From positions 65,750-129,749 of the forward strand of contig CAZYTL010000003.1 of NCBI GenBank assembly GCA_964650355.1: a stretch of 64,000 nucleotides of DNA, in the 5' to 3' direction. The stretch's first letter is position 1, and every line of letters starts with the position of its first letter. The notes under the pieces were generated by a model. That model was given only the letters and a program-made list of their open reading frames with translations, made no database searches and was not told the DNA's origin. Shown here one piece after another: positions 8,159 to 17,996 of this stretch. The position numbers and the translations under genes are program-made. Source of the DNA: an uncultured Gammaproteobacteria bacterium. GTDB lineage: Bacteria > Patescibacteriota > Microgenomatia > CAYXHB01 > CAZYTL01.

Positions 8159-9565
8159 CTACTTCGGATACAACTTTCGCAGATCAGCATCATACTGTTG
8201 CCAATTCTCTTGCCTCAACTGATCAAACTTCGCCCAAATTCTCCGGTACGTATCCTCATACTCCCTCTCCAAATACCCTGCCCCGGACACACTTCCCCTT
8301 TGCTCTCCAATATACAACCTCAACCTATCCATATAGTTCAGTGCCCGTAAATACTGCACATTCACACACTGCCCGTAACCGCTCAAATTATCCAAAATAC
8401 ACCGGTTCACCTGGTCCCATAGCCTGATCGCCTCTGCAGACAGTACCAGCGCCTTTTCCAACTCCTCTCGACTATTCGCGGCGTAATATCGCCCTCCGCC
8501 CGATTGCGCGATCAACTCCAACTGCTGCTTCTCCTCTTCGCTCACTACCAATCCCACCACATTCGTCACCACTTCTATCCCTGACTCATTCAACTGCTCG
8601 GCCACCTGAATCGGGTCCCCTCCGCACGTCTCCTTACCGTCAGACAATAAGATCACAAAATTCTGTGCTGCTTCTTTACCTCTTAATAAACTCCCCGCCA
8701 TCTCCAAGGCCTTGGCAATCCCTGTCCACCCCGCCGGCTTAATCCCCTGTACTAAACTCTCAGTTGCTGGCACATCCACCGGCCCTAGCGGCTGCACCAA
8801 CTCCACCCCTTCGCAAGATGCCTGCTTATCTGCCTCCTCAGAACTTCCTTTATGTCCGTAAACAATCACCCCTACATTGGCAAAACTCGGCAACCCGCTA
8901 TCCAGTAAATCCAACAACGCTTTCTGCGCCGAATCCCACTTTGTCACCCCTTCTAACTTATCCCCCATCGATCCTGAAGCATCTAACAAAAACAACAAAT
9001 TGATTTCCAACCTGGCCCTGGGCACCGTAGGAAAGTCACCACATCCCAACTGTCTCACACAGTCATTGGCATTCGCATCATACCCCAAAATCTCTTCCAG
9101 CCGGTCCGGCAAGGCATCCCCGTCGTTATCTACTCCCAACTCTTCCTTAGTCAGCAACTGCACTTCCTCCCCAGATCCCTCCACCACTGACTCTCCCGTT
9201 GGCTGCGCAGACGGGGTAGCCACCTGCTGTCCCGCTGGCCGCGTCACTTGAGGAGCTGGCAGCAACCTTCCCAACACCACAAATCCTACTCCCAGACCTA
9301 AACTCACCATCAAAATCGAAAACAGCATTGCCTTCGGTCCCTTTGACCTATGCTTTCCTGCCGCCCGCACCGGTGCGCTTACCCCTCCCCCTTGCGACTT
9401 TCCCCTTCCTAGACTGGCCACCTTCGGCAACTCAATCTTCGGCAACCCCTTCTGCCCAATACCTGCTCTTCCACTATCACCCGTATTCCCTGCGCCCTCA
9501 GCAGGGCTTGTTTTCACCCCTGGATCATTCCCTGTTCCCTGTTCTTGTGAATCATTCTCTGCCAT
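8159..9565 (-). CDS. von Willebrand factor type A (VWA) domain membrane protein
   Basis: MIDAS-like LLFLLDASGSMG...ILLSDGKETCGG. N-terminal TM helix after a Gly/Ser-rich leader. Confidence 0.7.
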   Translation of the reverse strand: MAENDSQEQGTGNDPGVKTSPAEGAGNTGDSGRAGIGQKGLPKIELPKVASLGRGKSQGGGVSAPVRAAGKHRSKGPKAMLFSILMVSLGLGVGFVVLGRLLPAPQVTRPAGQQVATPSAQPTGESVVEGSGEEVQLLTKEELGVDNDGDALPDRLEEILGYDANANDCVRQLGCGDFPTVPRARLEINLLFLLDASGSMGDKLEGVTKWDSAQKALLDLLDSGLPSFANVGVIVYGHKGSSEEADKQASCEGVELVQPLGPVDVPATESLVQGIKPAGWTGIAKALEMAGSLLRGKEAAQNFVILLSDGKETCGGDPIQVAEQLNESGIEVVTNVVGLVVSEEEKQQLELIAQSGGGRYYAANSREELEKALVLSAEAIRLWDQVNRCILDNLSGYGQCVNVQYLRALNYMDRLRLYIGEQRGSVSGAGYLEREYEDTYRRIWAKFDQLRQENWQQYDADLRKLYPK

Positions 9566-9631
9566 ACCCCTACTTTAACCCAACCAATCTCGGACTCGCA
9601 ACCCGTATGTATGACAAATCTTCAATTGCCA

Positions 9632-10468
9632 CTAGCCTCCCCCACTCGATTTTGCTCCACTTACATTGGTTGACCATTCCAATACTCTCTCCAATGCCTT
9701 CTCCATCGCCATTTCCCAAAAAGTCACATGCTTCTCTCGTTCCTTATCCAGTAAACCTTTCACCTCTTTTAATGTCATCTCCCATTCCGGGATATAAAAC
9801 ACATGATCGAGTGGCGCTCCCATCACCATTTCCCCTCGTGGTTCCGTCAACATCACTCCCCGCATCCTCCCATCAACATACTCCACCTCTCCCTCTTCTC
9901 CCCTTGTTATCTGCTCCATCTGTCCCTTATCTGTTTCCATCTGCCTGCCCGCCGTAACTTTAGTGTTGGCGGGTGTGCTCTCCTCTTGCTTTGCAGGAGG
10001 AGGAAACAACAATCCCACCACACACCGCCACTCTGCTCCCCGCGCCTCCGGAGGTATCGCCTGCATCCGCTCCAAACAATACTCTACAATCTCCTCATCC
10101 CTCATCACCGTTACCCCGTCCCTCCATCTCCTCATCAGCGCTCCCGGCTCTCGTCCCAAAGCATCAATACTCAAACCTCTCTCTTCCGCCATAATTATAT
10201 AATCGTCATTCCGTAAAGCCGTTGCTTCGTTAGATTGTTCCTCTGTATTTTCCTCTCGCTGTTTTTCGACTCTTAAGCTCTTTAGCCTCACCTCATACAT
10301 TCTGCACCTCACTGCCACATTCGCCTCCAACGTCCTCCCCGTATCCGGCAAATCTATCTCTATCCCCAACTCCTTCGGCATCTCCACCTCCACCTTATAC
10401 TTACCAAACCTCTCCCTTACCTCCAACAACTTCTTCTTATCCTCTGTCACATAGAGAACCTTGACCAT
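9632..10468 (-). CDS. Ham1/RdgB-like non-canonical purine NTP pyrophosphatase paralog with a ~100-aa acidic insertion
   Basis: N-terminus LYVTEDKKKLLEVRERF and C-terminus TEPRGEMVMGAPLDHVFYIPEWEMTLKE...ALERV align with the clear Ham1 gene at 43932..44480. The central insert is low-complexity. Confidence 0.5.
   Translation of the reverse strand: MVKVLYVTEDKKKLLEVRERFGKYKVEVEMPKELGIEIDLPDTGRTLEANVAVRCRMYEVRLKSLRVEKQREENTEEQSNEATALRNDDYIIMAEERGLSIDALGREPGALMRRWRDGVTVMRDEEIVEYCLERMQAIPPEARGAEWRCVVGLLFPPPAKQEESTPANTKVTAGRQMETDKGQMEQITRGEEGEVEYVDGRMRGVMLTEPRGEMVMGAPLDHVFYIPEWEMTLKEVKGLLDKEREKHVTFWEMAMEKALERVLEWSTNVSGAKSSGGG
9986..9998. repeat. palindrome variant CTTGCTTTGCAGG, in-frame in the Ham1-like paralog (PPPAKQEE)
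   Basis: Degenerate copy sharing the GCTTTGCAG core. Confidence 0.55.
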
Positions 10469-10647
10469 TAACTTAATAATAACACTCTATACCTCTGCCC
10501 CAAAGAACATCGGGACCATCCGTGTACAACACCTTAACTCCCCCCACCCAGCCCTGTCCTCAATGCGTCCATTCCATCAGCATCTGCACCGGCACCAAAG
10601 ACCCTATTTGTAAAAACTGCGGTTTCAAAGACCCCTGCTGTGACTGG

Positions 10648-11139
10648 CTATTTTCTTTCTTTTTTATAATTCCCCATCTCCGGTATCACATACCTCACCC
10701 CTCCCCGAGGATCATCCATATCGCCCTCATACCTGGGAATCACATGCCAGTGCAAATGATCCACTGTCCTGCCTGCAGCCCGGCCATCATTCACGCCATG
10801 ATTATAAGCATCCGGCTTAGTATTAATCCTCGGATGTTTCAACGCCTGCGTGCAGAACCAAATTGAATTATCATTAAAAGGATTTTCTAAAAAACGCTTG
10901 TATACTTTCCTTAAGTCCTCACTTAAAATACCCTCAATTACCCTGTCTATTGCATTTTTTAAATCCGTCCATTCCTCTCTCGACAACCCTTTCAAATCAG
11001 GCACATGTCGCACAGGGAAAACTAACGCATGACCTGGAGCCACCGGAAACGGCTCAAATATAGCTATCCATTTATCATCCCGCCAGATAACAATCTCATT
11101 CGGTTTCAAAACACAAAAAGGACAATTCCTTACCATCAT
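10648..11139 (-). CDS. HIT-family (histidine triad) nucleotide hydrolase/transferase
   Basis: HLHWHVIPR histidine triad motif. Confidence 0.8.
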   Translation of the reverse strand: MMVRNCPFCVLKPNEIVIWRDDKWIAIFEPFPVAPGHALVFPVRHVPDLKGLSREEWTDLKNAIDRVIEGILSEDLRKVYKRFLENPFNDNSIWFCTQALKHPRINTKPDAYNHGVNDGRAAGRTVDHLHWHVIPRYEGDMDDPRGGVRYVIPEMGNYKKERK

Positions 11140-11194
11140 GAATCTCTGTTAATATAAACTGACCCCATCATATCACCAATAGTAGACCCAAACC

Positions 11195-11662
11195 ATGAAT
11201 CAAACCCTTCTCCGCATCGCCCAAAAAGGCATCATCTTAAACCAAACCAAAACCAAAATCCTGGTTGTAAAATACTCCACCGCCAAATACACCTCACAAA
11301 AGGTCAAAAACAAACTCGGATTACCAGGCGGGCAAATAGACTTCAGCGAGACCCCTGACGAATCATTTGTCAGAGAAGTAAAAGAAGAAACCGGCATCAC
11401 GATCGTTCCTCTCCTTCCTTTCCATATCTATACTTGGACATACCAAACTGAAACCCACCTAAAACAAATCATCGCCGTCGCCAGGCTCGGAATTTATCAA
11501 TCTGGAAAATTAACTACTCACAAGCAAGAAAGGGAAACCACTATAGAGTTTTCCCAATGGCTACCCATTAAAGAACTTCAACCCAAAGGGTTTATCATTG
11601 ATGAACAGCCCGTCATCACCAAATTCCTTCAATACCAAAAGCAAAATCCCTTCTCTCTTTAA
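11195..11662 (+). CDS. Nudix hydrolase
   Basis: Canonical Nudix box GLPGGQIDFSETPDESFVREVKEETGI. Confidence 0.75.
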   Translation: MNQTLLRIAQKGIILNQTKTKILVVKYSTAKYTSQKVKNKLGLPGGQIDFSETPDESFVREVKEETGITIVPLLPFHIYTWTYQTETHLKQIIAVARLGIYQSGKLTTHKQERETTIEFSQWLPIKELQPKGFIIDEQPVITKFLQYQKQNPFSL

Positions 11663-11683
11663 TCATCCAGCCCACTAATAGCT

Positions 11684-12112
11684 TTACTTCGGTACTTTCC
11701 TCTTCCTCCTCTTCGTCACCACTTTCTCTAACTCTAGGCGCATTCTCTCCAATTCCTCATCCGTCATATCTTCTGCATCCATAAACCTGTTCCTCGCCGG
11801 CTTTATTGACCGAATCATCTCATCCAACTTCAAATGAATCGCCTTCGAATCCCGATTCTGCGTATTCTGAATCAAAAACACCATCAAAAAGGTCACAATC
11901 GTCGTCCCCGTATTAATCACCAATTGCCATGTATCCGAAAACCCAAACATCGGTCCCGTTAACAGCCACACCACAATCACCATCACCGCCAACATAAACA
12001 CCCGAGAAGTTCCCGCCAACTCCGCCACCTTCTTGGCAAACTTCCTAAACACATCATGCACCCCATTATGACTCTCCGTCGCCATCATTACTTCTAAATT
12101 ATGGTTTGTCAT
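11684..12112 (-). CDS. small membrane protein, low-affinity iron permease-like (Fet4/PF04120-like)
   Basis: Two TM helices and the conserved-looking WQLVINTGTTIVTFLMVFLIQNTQNRD...HLKLDEMI. The family assignment is from memory of bacterial Fet4-like proteins. Confidence 0.5.
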   Translation of the reverse strand: MTNHNLEVMMATESHNGVHDVFRKFAKKVAELAGTSRVFMLAVMVIVVWLLTGPMFGFSDTWQLVINTGTTIVTFLMVFLIQNTQNRDSKAIHLKLDEMIRSIKPARNRFMDAEDMTDEELERMRLELEKVVTKRRKRKVPK

Positions 12113-12124
12113 AAAACCAGTTTA

Positions 12125-13102
12125 TCAAAAATCCTCTCCTTCGTCGCCTTCTAAATACTCTTCCAGCTTTCCGGCATAAATCAACGGCACCACCCCGTGC
12201 ATAATATTATTGTTACTCGGCAATTCATACCGTAAACCAGTCCGTTCAGCAATCAACAACACATTCGCCAGCCCGATTGCTGCCCCGTCCACAAACCCCG
12301 GATGAGAAGGAAACAACTTCACCCTGTCTTTCCGATCCAATAACCGCGTCCGCCAATAAAATTCCCTTGTCTTATCCAAATCCACCTTAAAAGGATGCGA
12401 CTTTGAAAAATTAAACTTCTCCATCTCCACTCCTGCCTCTTGATAAAAATCAATTACCGATGTGGACCCATGTACCAAAGGCGCCTCTCCATCGAATCTC
12501 ACCTCTAAATCAGCAATCGCCTTTCTAATCTCCTCCTCAATTAATTCAAATTCCCTTTCTGTCGCCGGATCTCCTTTAATAAACCTCTCTCGCAAACTCA
12601 ACACTCCGGTCTTCAACAACTTATAGCTCTCTAACTTCTCCCTCTTTCCCCACATAAACTGCACCGATCCCCCGCCGATATCTATGCCCGCGATCCCCCC
12701 TTTCCACTCAAAATCACTTGTCATTCCTCTCCAAAACAACTCCATCTCCGCCTCATGGCTCAAAATCCGCACCTCCCACCCCAACTTGTCCTTAATCTTC
12801 TTCACCACATCCTTTGCATTCTCTGCCTTCCTTAATACCTCCGTTCCGATCACCTCCACTCGTTCCACCTTCATCCTTTCCACTTCTGACTTAAACCTCT
12901 GCAACGCCTCCATCGTCTTTACCAACCCCTCCTCTGACACCTGATCACCCTCCTCCATCCCTCTTCCCAACCTGGTTTCCTCTTTATCTTGAAAAATCAA
13001 CTTCAAATTCCCAAAATCCTGCTTTGCAGGACCCACCTCAAATACCAACAACTTGCTGCTATTCGTTCCCTGGTCAACCACTGCCACTCTTGCCTGCTTC
13101 AT
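12125..13102 (-). CDS. Ppx/GppA-family phosphatase (exopolyphosphatase / pppGpp phosphohydrolase)
   Basis: ASKHA-fold motifs VAVVDQGTNSSKLLVFEV and GIDIGGGSVQF. Confidence 0.8.
   Translation of the reverse strand: MKQARVAVVDQGTNSSKLLVFEVGPAKQDFGNLKLIFQDKEETRLGRGMEEGDQVSEEGLVKTMEALQRFKSEVERMKVERVEVIGTEVLRKAENAKDVVKKIKDKLGWEVRILSHEAEMELFWRGMTSDFEWKGGIAGIDIGGGSVQFMWGKREKLESYKLLKTGVLSLRERFIKGDPATEREFELIEEEIRKAIADLEVRFDGEAPLVHGSTSVIDFYQEAGVEMEKFNFSKSHPFKVDLDKTREFYWRTRLLDRKDRVKLFPSHPGFVDGAAIGLANVLLIAERTGLRYELPSNNNIMHGVVPLIYAGKLEEYLEGDEGEDF
13017..13031. repeat. palindrome variant TCCTGCTTTGCAGGA, in-frame in ppx/gppA (GPAKQDF)
   Basis: Variant with C/G at the outer positions. Still a perfect palindrome. 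Confidence 0.7.
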
Positions 13103-13165
13103 TCTCCCATTATATCCGGCTCACTAAAACCTACTCAACACCACCTCTAAACTATTTACTCCTAT

Positions 13166-13600
13166 CTAAGCTGCCATTGGCAAGTCTTCTTTCATCATCT
13201 CTATCAAATCGTCTAACTCGCCTGGAAACGCATGCCTCGCATCATGCCACGTTTTCTGGGAAGCTAATTTATCAGGCTCTTTACCTCCAATAAATAAATC
13301 ATGAAATTCATACGCCAATACAGGAATTCCAGGAGTTAACCTTTCAAATTCTCTTAATTGAACTCCATCGTCCTGGAGTGAACTCAACACCTTCGTTCTA
13401 CTTTCTACTTGTCTATTAACCCGAGCAATAAAACTTGACCTACTGAAATCTCCCGCTCTAAACCAATCTCTATCAGCAATCACCGTCTTTAATAAACCCT
13501 CAAATTCAGTCAGCGAATGCTTTGCCTCCATCACCTCACCAAGAGTCGGCTCACCCATTTCTACCACATTTTCCGAACCAACTACTGGAAGTTCTCCCAT
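13166..13600 (-). CDS. hypothetical protein
   Basis: 144-aa ORF with host-like composition and no motif. Confidence 0.35.
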   Translation of the reverse strand: MGELPVVGSENVVEMGEPTLGEVMEAKHSLTEFEGLLKTVIADRDWFRAGDFSRSSFIARVNRQVESRTKVLSSLQDDGVQLREFERLTPGIPVLAYEFHDLFIGGKEPDKLASQKTWHDARHAFPGELDDLIEMMKEDLPMAA

Positions 13601-13694
13601 ACTAAAACATAGTATAACTTAATTACCTCTTCACCAGCAACTGCGATTTCGTACAAAATCTCTAACTCCGCCTCTAAACTCATCCTCAGCACAC

Positions 13695-14105
13695 TCACAT
13701 CTCCAGCTCATCTTGCCAATAAGCCTCTACCAAATTCTTAGTATTCGGCGAGACCTCATTCTCCATCTCCTTTAACTCCTGCCAGGAAAAATAAGCCAGC
13801 TTATCAAACTTCTCTTTTTCCTTGGTCTCTGGTTTCCCATCCTCTACCTCAGCTAAATACCACACATAACCCATCGTGTATCCGTCTTCTTTAAAATCCG
13901 CTCTTCCCAGTTCCTTCACTATCTCCACCTTTACTCCCAATTCTTCCTCCACCTCCCTTTCCGCCGCCTCTTCGGACCCTTCTCCCTCTTCGATCTTTCC
14001 GCCCGGCGTTTCCCACTGCACTCTCTTAGGAGTATTCCTATGCAACAACAGCACTTTACCGGCCCCATCTAAAATCACGCATCCAGCCAACAAAATCTTA
14101 TCCAT
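13695..14105 (-). CDS. Nudix hydrolase
   Basis: Nudix box GGKIEEGEGSEEAAEREVEEELGV. Confidence 0.75.
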   Translation of the reverse strand: MDKILLAGCVILDGAGKVLLLHRNTPKRVQWETPGGKIEEGEGSEEAAEREVEEELGVKVEIVKELGRADFKEDGYTMGYVWYLAEVEDGKPETKEKEKFDKLAYFSWQELKEMENEVSPNTKNLVEAYWQDELEM

Positions 14106-14263
14106 GTTCCATATTGTATACTACTTTACTTTCACTTCTAAATAGTAGTATATACTCAGTAGCCTCAAACTAACTTAAATTCTAACTCCTCAAATCAAGT
14201 GAAAACTCCGTAATATGTACGAATTTCTTAACTTTTAAGCGAAGGAGTATACACCCTAAATCC

Positions 14264-14806
14264 TTAAATCTGCACTTCCCTTCCCTTCGTTGTATCCCTC
14301 CCTCCTTGCCACTGACCTCTGTACAAATTCACCGCCTCTCCTTTAATCTCTACAAAAAACACCTGCACAAACCTGGCCCCCAATTCCATCTCTACCGAAA
14401 TATTTCCCGCATTAAACATTCCAAAATACAACGCTCCCCTATACCCGGGATCCGCAATCCAAGCTCTCAGCATCAAACCGCTCCTCACTGTCGTCCCCCT
14501 AGGCTTGATTATTGCCGTTATATTCTTGGGCAAATCCACCTCTTCAATCGTCTTAGTCAAATAATACTTACCCGGCTCAAACACAAACTTCGTCACCCTC
14601 TTCGGATCATAAGCCGCCAACTCCACCAGATCAGGCGTCTCCCGTTCCTCAATCCCGATAAACGCTTTCCCTTTCAATTCAAATACCTTATCCAACCGCA
14701 AATCAAACACACACCCTTCAGGACTCTCCAATTCCCTTTCCGCCAATCCCGTCACCAAAGCATGTTTCTTCATTAACTTTCGCAATTCCGAATGTCCCAA
14801 AATCAT
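14264..14806 (-). CDS. dUTPase/dCTP-deaminase-fold protein, paralog A (lacks the Dcd catalytic Glu)
   Basis: VFDLRLD, KPRGTTVRSG, DPGYRGALYFGMFN, RFVQVFF and YRGQWQGG align to Dcd/Dut motifs. GMFN replaces the TLExxN motif, so the Glu is absent. Confidence 0.65.
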   Translation of the reverse strand: MILGHSELRKLMKKHALVTGLAERELESPEGCVFDLRLDKVFELKGKAFIGIEERETPDLVELAAYDPKRVTKFVFEPGKYYLTKTIEEVDLPKNITAIIKPRGTTVRSGLMLRAWIADPGYRGALYFGMFNAGNISVEMELGARFVQVFFVEIKGEAVNLYRGQWQGGRDTTKGREVQI

Positions 14807-14907
14807 AAACTACATTATATATTCCCCATACTCTAAATGCGGAACAATTTATCTATCCCCAAATACCCTCTATTTTTAGAATCCTAATTCCATTATATAA
14901 TTAATCC

Positions 14908-15831
14908 ATGGAAACTGTACCCTTGAAAGAAAAAGTTATAAAAACAATCAGACCACAAGAGATAACTAATTTATTTGAAAAATTTCCAGTAGGCAGCTTT
15001 GGCGAAAATTTTGACCAATTTAGTCTAAAAGATGCTGTCTCGGCCAGATATAAACAGGTATTTCGCCGTAAAGGATATCGAGCATTAATGAATGAAATTA
15101 ATCAACAAATCGATCAAGGAACCGAATCATATGAACAAGAGGCAGTAAAACACTTAGAAAGAATAAGATCAAACGTAGAATACATCCAAACTGACGAAGT
15201 ACAACAAATCGCTCACGAACTAACAGAGAAACAACCAAATTTAGATCCCAAATGGTTGTTGGATGACGCTTTATCCGGACGACAGATGGATCAAATCATC
15301 CACACTGACGAGCGAGGTCGGAGAATTACTCGGTTCAGGCTACTTGATAACTATAGGCCACAATCAAATAGAAACCAGCCTCTTTGCGGTTTCAACTTTC
15401 CTCCTTTACACGGAGAGCATTCAAATATCACGGCTCTCTTTGTAAATGGTGAGCTAGACGAATTACAAACAGGAGGAATTTCCCATATCAACAGCCTAAA
15501 ATTCGAAAACGGTCAAGTAACTTCTCTTTCTTATTCTGGCGTAGATTGGTTTGATACCTCTGAAGAAACCATCAAAGCGAAACATAGATTACCAGACAAA
15601 GTCCAATTACAAAAATTTGGAAATTTCTTTACACTTCATTTCCCGGAACTAGTGTCCCAAACTGCGAACTCCCGAACCTTCAGACTCAAAGCGTCTCCTA
15701 TGTGGAAAGACACAGGCCACAATCAACCGCAAGAAAATACTTATACAGTTACCTTAAACCAAGATGGGCAGATTACAGAAATTAGAAACGGATGGGATAA
15801 ACCTCTCCTCACTCCGGCAACCGCCAGTTAA
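14908..15831 (+). CDS. hypothetical protein on an AT-rich compositional island
   Basis: 307-aa ORF with no recognisable motif. Composition is AT-rich with balanced G/C, unlike flanking genes. Confidence 0.45.
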   Translation: METVPLKEKVIKTIRPQEITNLFEKFPVGSFGENFDQFSLKDAVSARYKQVFRRKGYRALMNEINQQIDQGTESYEQEAVKHLERIRSNVEYIQTDEVQQIAHELTEKQPNLDPKWLLDDALSGRQMDQIIHTDERGRRITRFRLLDNYRPQSNRNQPLCGFNFPPLHGEHSNITALFVNGELDELQTGGISHINSLKFENGQVTSLSYSGVDWFDTSEETIKAKHRLPDKVQLQKFGNFFTLHFPELVSQTANSRTFRLKASPMWKDTGHNQPQENTYTVTLNQDGQITEIRNGWDKPLLTPATAS

Positions 15832-15974
15832 ACTAGTTAAACTCTACACTTCGCAAGTACTCCATCCGCTCACCTTATACTTCCAACACCTAGTCTCCTT
15901 TCCTTTTATCTCACTTCTGTTTAAATCGTTTCTTCATTAGACATAATTCCCCTATCAAGCTACAATAAATTCCA

Positions 15975-16811
15975 ATGCTTCCTCTAGACCTTCAATACCA
16001 AAAAATACTCCGCCAACTCATGACCAAAGGCATTGAAGAAACCAACCAACGCACCGGACACCAAACCAAAAGCCTTCCCGGGATTACCGTCCAAATCGAT
16101 CTCCGACACAGCTTCCCCTTACTCACCTTGCGAAAAATACCCATCAAAATCTTCGTCGCCGAACAAATCTGGTTCATCATGGGCAGCCGCCGGCCCGACG
16201 AATTCCTCAAAGAATTCACCGGAATCTGGGACGATTTCACCAACATTGGAGGCGTGGTTACCGTTGCCTACGGCTACCGCATGCGCCACCACTTTGGTAG
16301 AGACCAACTGGCCTTACTCATTAAACTGCTGGAAAAGGACCCCAGTTCTCGCCACGGAGTTATTGTCTTCTGGGACCCGGGTGATGACGGACTCGCCCAA
16401 AGCAGAAAAAAGAAAAACGTCCCCTGTCCCTACACCTTCACCACCAATATCATCGGCGGACAACTGCACTTCCATTTAATTGTTCGCTCCAACGACATGA
16501 TTCTAGGTTTTCCTCACGACTTAGCCGGCTTTGCTCTCCTGGCCCATATCCTAGCTTCCAGACTTGGCGTCCAACCCGGTATCTTTACCCATTCCATCAG
16601 CAACGCTCATGTTTACGACATCCACTATTCAGCAGCCCAAACCATGATCCACAGAAAAATTAATCACCCCCCCATAAAACTTACCACCCAACCTGACTAC
16701 TTCTCCCGCGCAGAACATGGAGATCGCACCCTGGTCAGTGGTATAGTAAGTCAGTTACAATCCCAATATCATCCCGGCCCACCCATCAAAGGCCTCAAAA
16801 TCGTCTTATAA
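15975..16811 (+). CDS. thymidylate synthase (ThyA) family enzyme; predicted deoxycytidylate-specific methylase/hydroxymethylase rather than canonical ThyA
   Basis: ThyA-fold motifs RTGHQT, DPSSRH and catalytic Cys in VPCPYTF. VRSNDMILGFPHDLAGFALL aligns to E. coli [20 protein letters not shown]. Asp sits at the Asn177 position, and the RSND motif matches T4 gp42 RSNDVVFGFRND. Confidence 0.8.
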   Translation: MLPLDLQYQKILRQLMTKGIEETNQRTGHQTKSLPGITVQIDLRHSFPLLTLRKIPIKIFVAEQIWFIMGSRRPDEFLKEFTGIWDDFTNIGGVVTVAYGYRMRHHFGRDQLALLIKLLEKDPSSRHGVIVFWDPGDDGLAQSRKKKNVPCPYTFTTNIIGGQLHFHLIVRSNDMILGFPHDLAGFALLAHILASRLGVQPGIFTHSISNAHVYDIHYSAAQTMIHRKINHPPIKLTTQPDYFSRAEHGDRTLVSGIVSQLQSQYHPGPPIKGLKIVL

Positions 16812-16834
16812 TTACTACCAACTCTCACCACCAC

Positions 16835-17479
16835 ATGACCACCGACAAAATCCTCACCCACAAACAAATCCTTGAGCGCCTTGCTCAAAAAAACATCAAC
16901 TTCGACCCTCCTCTGGATAAATTCCAAATCCAGTCCCATTCCGTCGACCTCAGAATCGGCTTCACCTTCCTCATGCCCAAATATTGGCAACTCGCTCCTG
17001 AAGGTCGGGTCGCCATTCACTCCGATTACACCCAAACCAACGACAACTTTACTGTCATCGAACTCGAGCCCGGACAATTTTTCGAAATTCTCCCCAACGA
17101 ATACGTCGCTTTCTCTACTCTGGAAAAAATCAGTCTCCCTCCTGACCTCATGGCCATCCTCTACCCCCGCTCATCAGTCAACCGCCGGGGTTTATCAGTC
17201 GATCTCAGCGGCATCGTTGACGCCGGCTACGAAGGCCACCTTACTATTCCCGTGAGAAATAATACTCCCACCCAAACCATCAGAGTCTATCCCGGTGAAA
17301 GATTCTGCCAACTTGTTTTTCACACCCTTTCCCAGCCGGTCAAACCCGTTACCAGTCGCTTCCACCGCAAAGACGTGGCCCTTACTTTTGGCAGCCAAAA
17401 GGAAAAGGACCCCCGGGAAACCAAATTAATTAAATCAGGCAAAATCAGCCAATTGAAAGACAAATATACTCTCAAATAA
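16835..17479 (+). CDS. dUTPase/dCTP-deaminase-fold protein, paralog B (lacks the Dcd catalytic Glu)
   Basis: SVDLRIG, PRSSVNRRG, VDAGYEGHLTIPVRNN and RFCQLVF fit the fold. TLE is replaced by TIPVRN. Confidence 0.65.
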   Translation: MTTDKILTHKQILERLAQKNINFDPPLDKFQIQSHSVDLRIGFTFLMPKYWQLAPEGRVAIHSDYTQTNDNFTVIELEPGQFFEILPNEYVAFSTLEKISLPPDLMAILYPRSSVNRRGLSVDLSGIVDAGYEGHLTIPVRNNTPTQTIRVYPGERFCQLVFHTLSQPVKPVTSRFHRKDVALTFGSQKEKDPRETKLIKSGKISQLKDKYTLK

Positions 17480-17486
17480 CCTGTTC

Positions 17487-17996
17487 ATGATCATTGCCAT
17501 CGCCGCCACCTCTTTAGATGGTAAAATTGCCCTTCATTCCCAAGATGACACCTCCTGGAGCTCCCCGGAAGATAAAAAATTATTCAAACAAGCCACCCAA
17601 AAAGCCGGTGTCCTGGTCATTGGTCGCACCACCTGGAAAACCATCAACCGCCCTCTCCCCGACAGACAAATCATCGTCCTCACCCGCAAACCACCAACCT
17701 CTAAATACCCTACCGTCGAATTCACCCATCTTCCTCCTCAAAAATTAATCACCGAACTGACTTCTCGAGGCTACCGCGATATCTTCTTCGCGGGGTGCCA
17801 GCAAATCTACACCCTCTTTTTAACCCAAAAACTCATCGACCAGCTCTGGATCACCATCGAACCCTACCTCTTCGGTCACCCAGCTCTCAGTTTATTCTCC
17901 TCTCTCCCCGCCTCGCCTATCAAACTCAAACTCCTCACCCTCCAACGGCTCAACCCCAACTCAATCCACCTCAAGTACCAAATCATCTATGAGTAA
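17487..17996 (+). CDS. dihydrofolate-reductase-like reductase (RibD C-terminal domain type)
   Basis: IAATSLDGKIA...VLVIGRTTW...RPLPDRQIIVLTR. Overlaps the next gene by 8 nt (ATGA-type coupling). Confidence 0.65.
   Translation: MIIAIAATSLDGKIALHSQDDTSWSSPEDKKLFKQATQKAGVLVIGRTTWKTINRPLPDRQIIVLTRKPPTSKYPTVEFTHLPPQKLITELTSRGYRDIFFAGCQQIYTLFLTQKLIDQLWITIEPYLFGHPALSLFSSLPASPIKLKLLTLQRLNPNSIHLKYQIIYE

Noticed and set aside
10469-10647. Possible rho-independent terminator or small RNA between the HIT gene and the Ham1-like gene: direct repeats AAAGACCC x2 and GGTTTCAAAGACC.
   Set aside because: The repeats are direct rather than inverted and no stable stem followed by a T-run could be drawn. The overlapping plus-strand ORF 10522..10866 is antisense to the HIT gene and is considered spurious.
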